64,000 nucleotides of DNA from Yuukianura sp. NJ FZ-2021 (lineage: Eukaryota): assembly GCA_046563655.1 (NCBI GenBank), contig CM102287.1, forward strand, positions 8,308,001-8,372,000. Reading direction: 5' to 3'. Shown piece after piece: positions 63,429 to 64,000 of this stretch; positions within the stretch are counted from its first letter, which is position 1, and each line of letters starts with the position of its first letter. The notes beneath the pieces are model-generated. The model was given only the letters and a program-made list of their open reading frames with translations, had not been told where the DNA came from and did not search any database. The translations under genes were made by a program, and so were the position numbers.

Positions 63429-64000
63429 ATGGGTTGGAACACTGGACCAAAATTTTTGTTGTTTGGGATTCTTATTTTTGGAGTAGTTGACAAGATTAAT
63501 GGAATTCAACATCTCGATAATTTTTTGGATAATCATCCCGAAGTTTCAGAAGTAAGTAAACTTCTAACAAATTCTAAATTTTAAAAAATGTATTCCAAAA
63601 CAGTTGTTGACTTTGGTTTTCTTATTTGCCAAATTTTCCCAAAGTTTTTCAAATTGGTACAATCGAGTCCGTTCTTGCGTTCTGCAATTTTGTGGAAAAA
63701 AGGGAGTTTGTTTGTTCCAAAAAATGAGGCAGTCGCTGAATATGAGAGGAATGGAGGAAGAATTACAAATTCGACGATCATTTACCACTTTTGTAAATCT
63801 GTACTAAAAACTAATTACAGTACTTAGTAATTAAAAATTTTTTAAAAAGTTGACAAATTTTTGTCGGTGTAGGCAATTTCCCAATGACCTTGTCGGCAAT
63901 TGAAAAAGAGAAATTCATTTCAACAGAAACGACTGGTAAGATTAATTCAAAGATTCTCAGATTTTTTATTTCTGCTAAAAAAATTTGACAAAATTACAGG
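63429..64000 (+). CDS. Fas1: Fasciclin-1-like FAS1-domain protein, 5' part (runs off the window)
   Basis: Exons 63429-63551 (signal peptide MGWNTGPKFLLFGILIFGVVDKING, then HPEVSE), 63645-63792 (FFKLVQSS...SLFVPKNEAV...IIYHF, matching the FAS1 H1 motif and YH) and 63873-63935 splice in frame. Confidence 0.75.

Overview
AT-rich eukaryotic genomic DNA with many short GT-AG introns; the gene content suggests an invertebrate, most likely an arthropod (inference). I spliced exons by hand and found, left to right: a decayed exon-like region (about 0.3-2.1 kb); CREG1 (-); an unannotated 4-exon orphan gene (-, about 156 aa); a 13-exon GlyR/GluCl-type Cys-loop anion-channel subunit (-, about 455 aa); cubilin (-, 8 EGF + 27 CUB domains, about 24 kb); a SIAH/Sina-like RING protein with a C-terminal hydrophobic tail (+); PHF14 (-); a dienelactone-hydrolase-family gene with an in-frame upstream signal-peptide exon (-); a divergent p24/TMED paralog in tandem with TMED7 (-); and the 5' end of a fasciclin-1-like gene (+). 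The channel has three microexons, an unusual His at pore position 13', an intronic TTA-flanked MITE carrying a GC-rich minisatellite, and a second intronic 11-bp minisatellite. I saw no rRNA, tRNA or CRISPR array. The most interesting items are the possibly secreted, fungal-looking dienelactone hydrolase, the orphan channel's pore and ligand-loop substitutions, the tail-anchored SIAH-like ligase, the orphan gene, and the abrupt intron enlargement in the part of cubilin nearest the channel's promoter. All exon boundaries are hand-derived; no database search was run.
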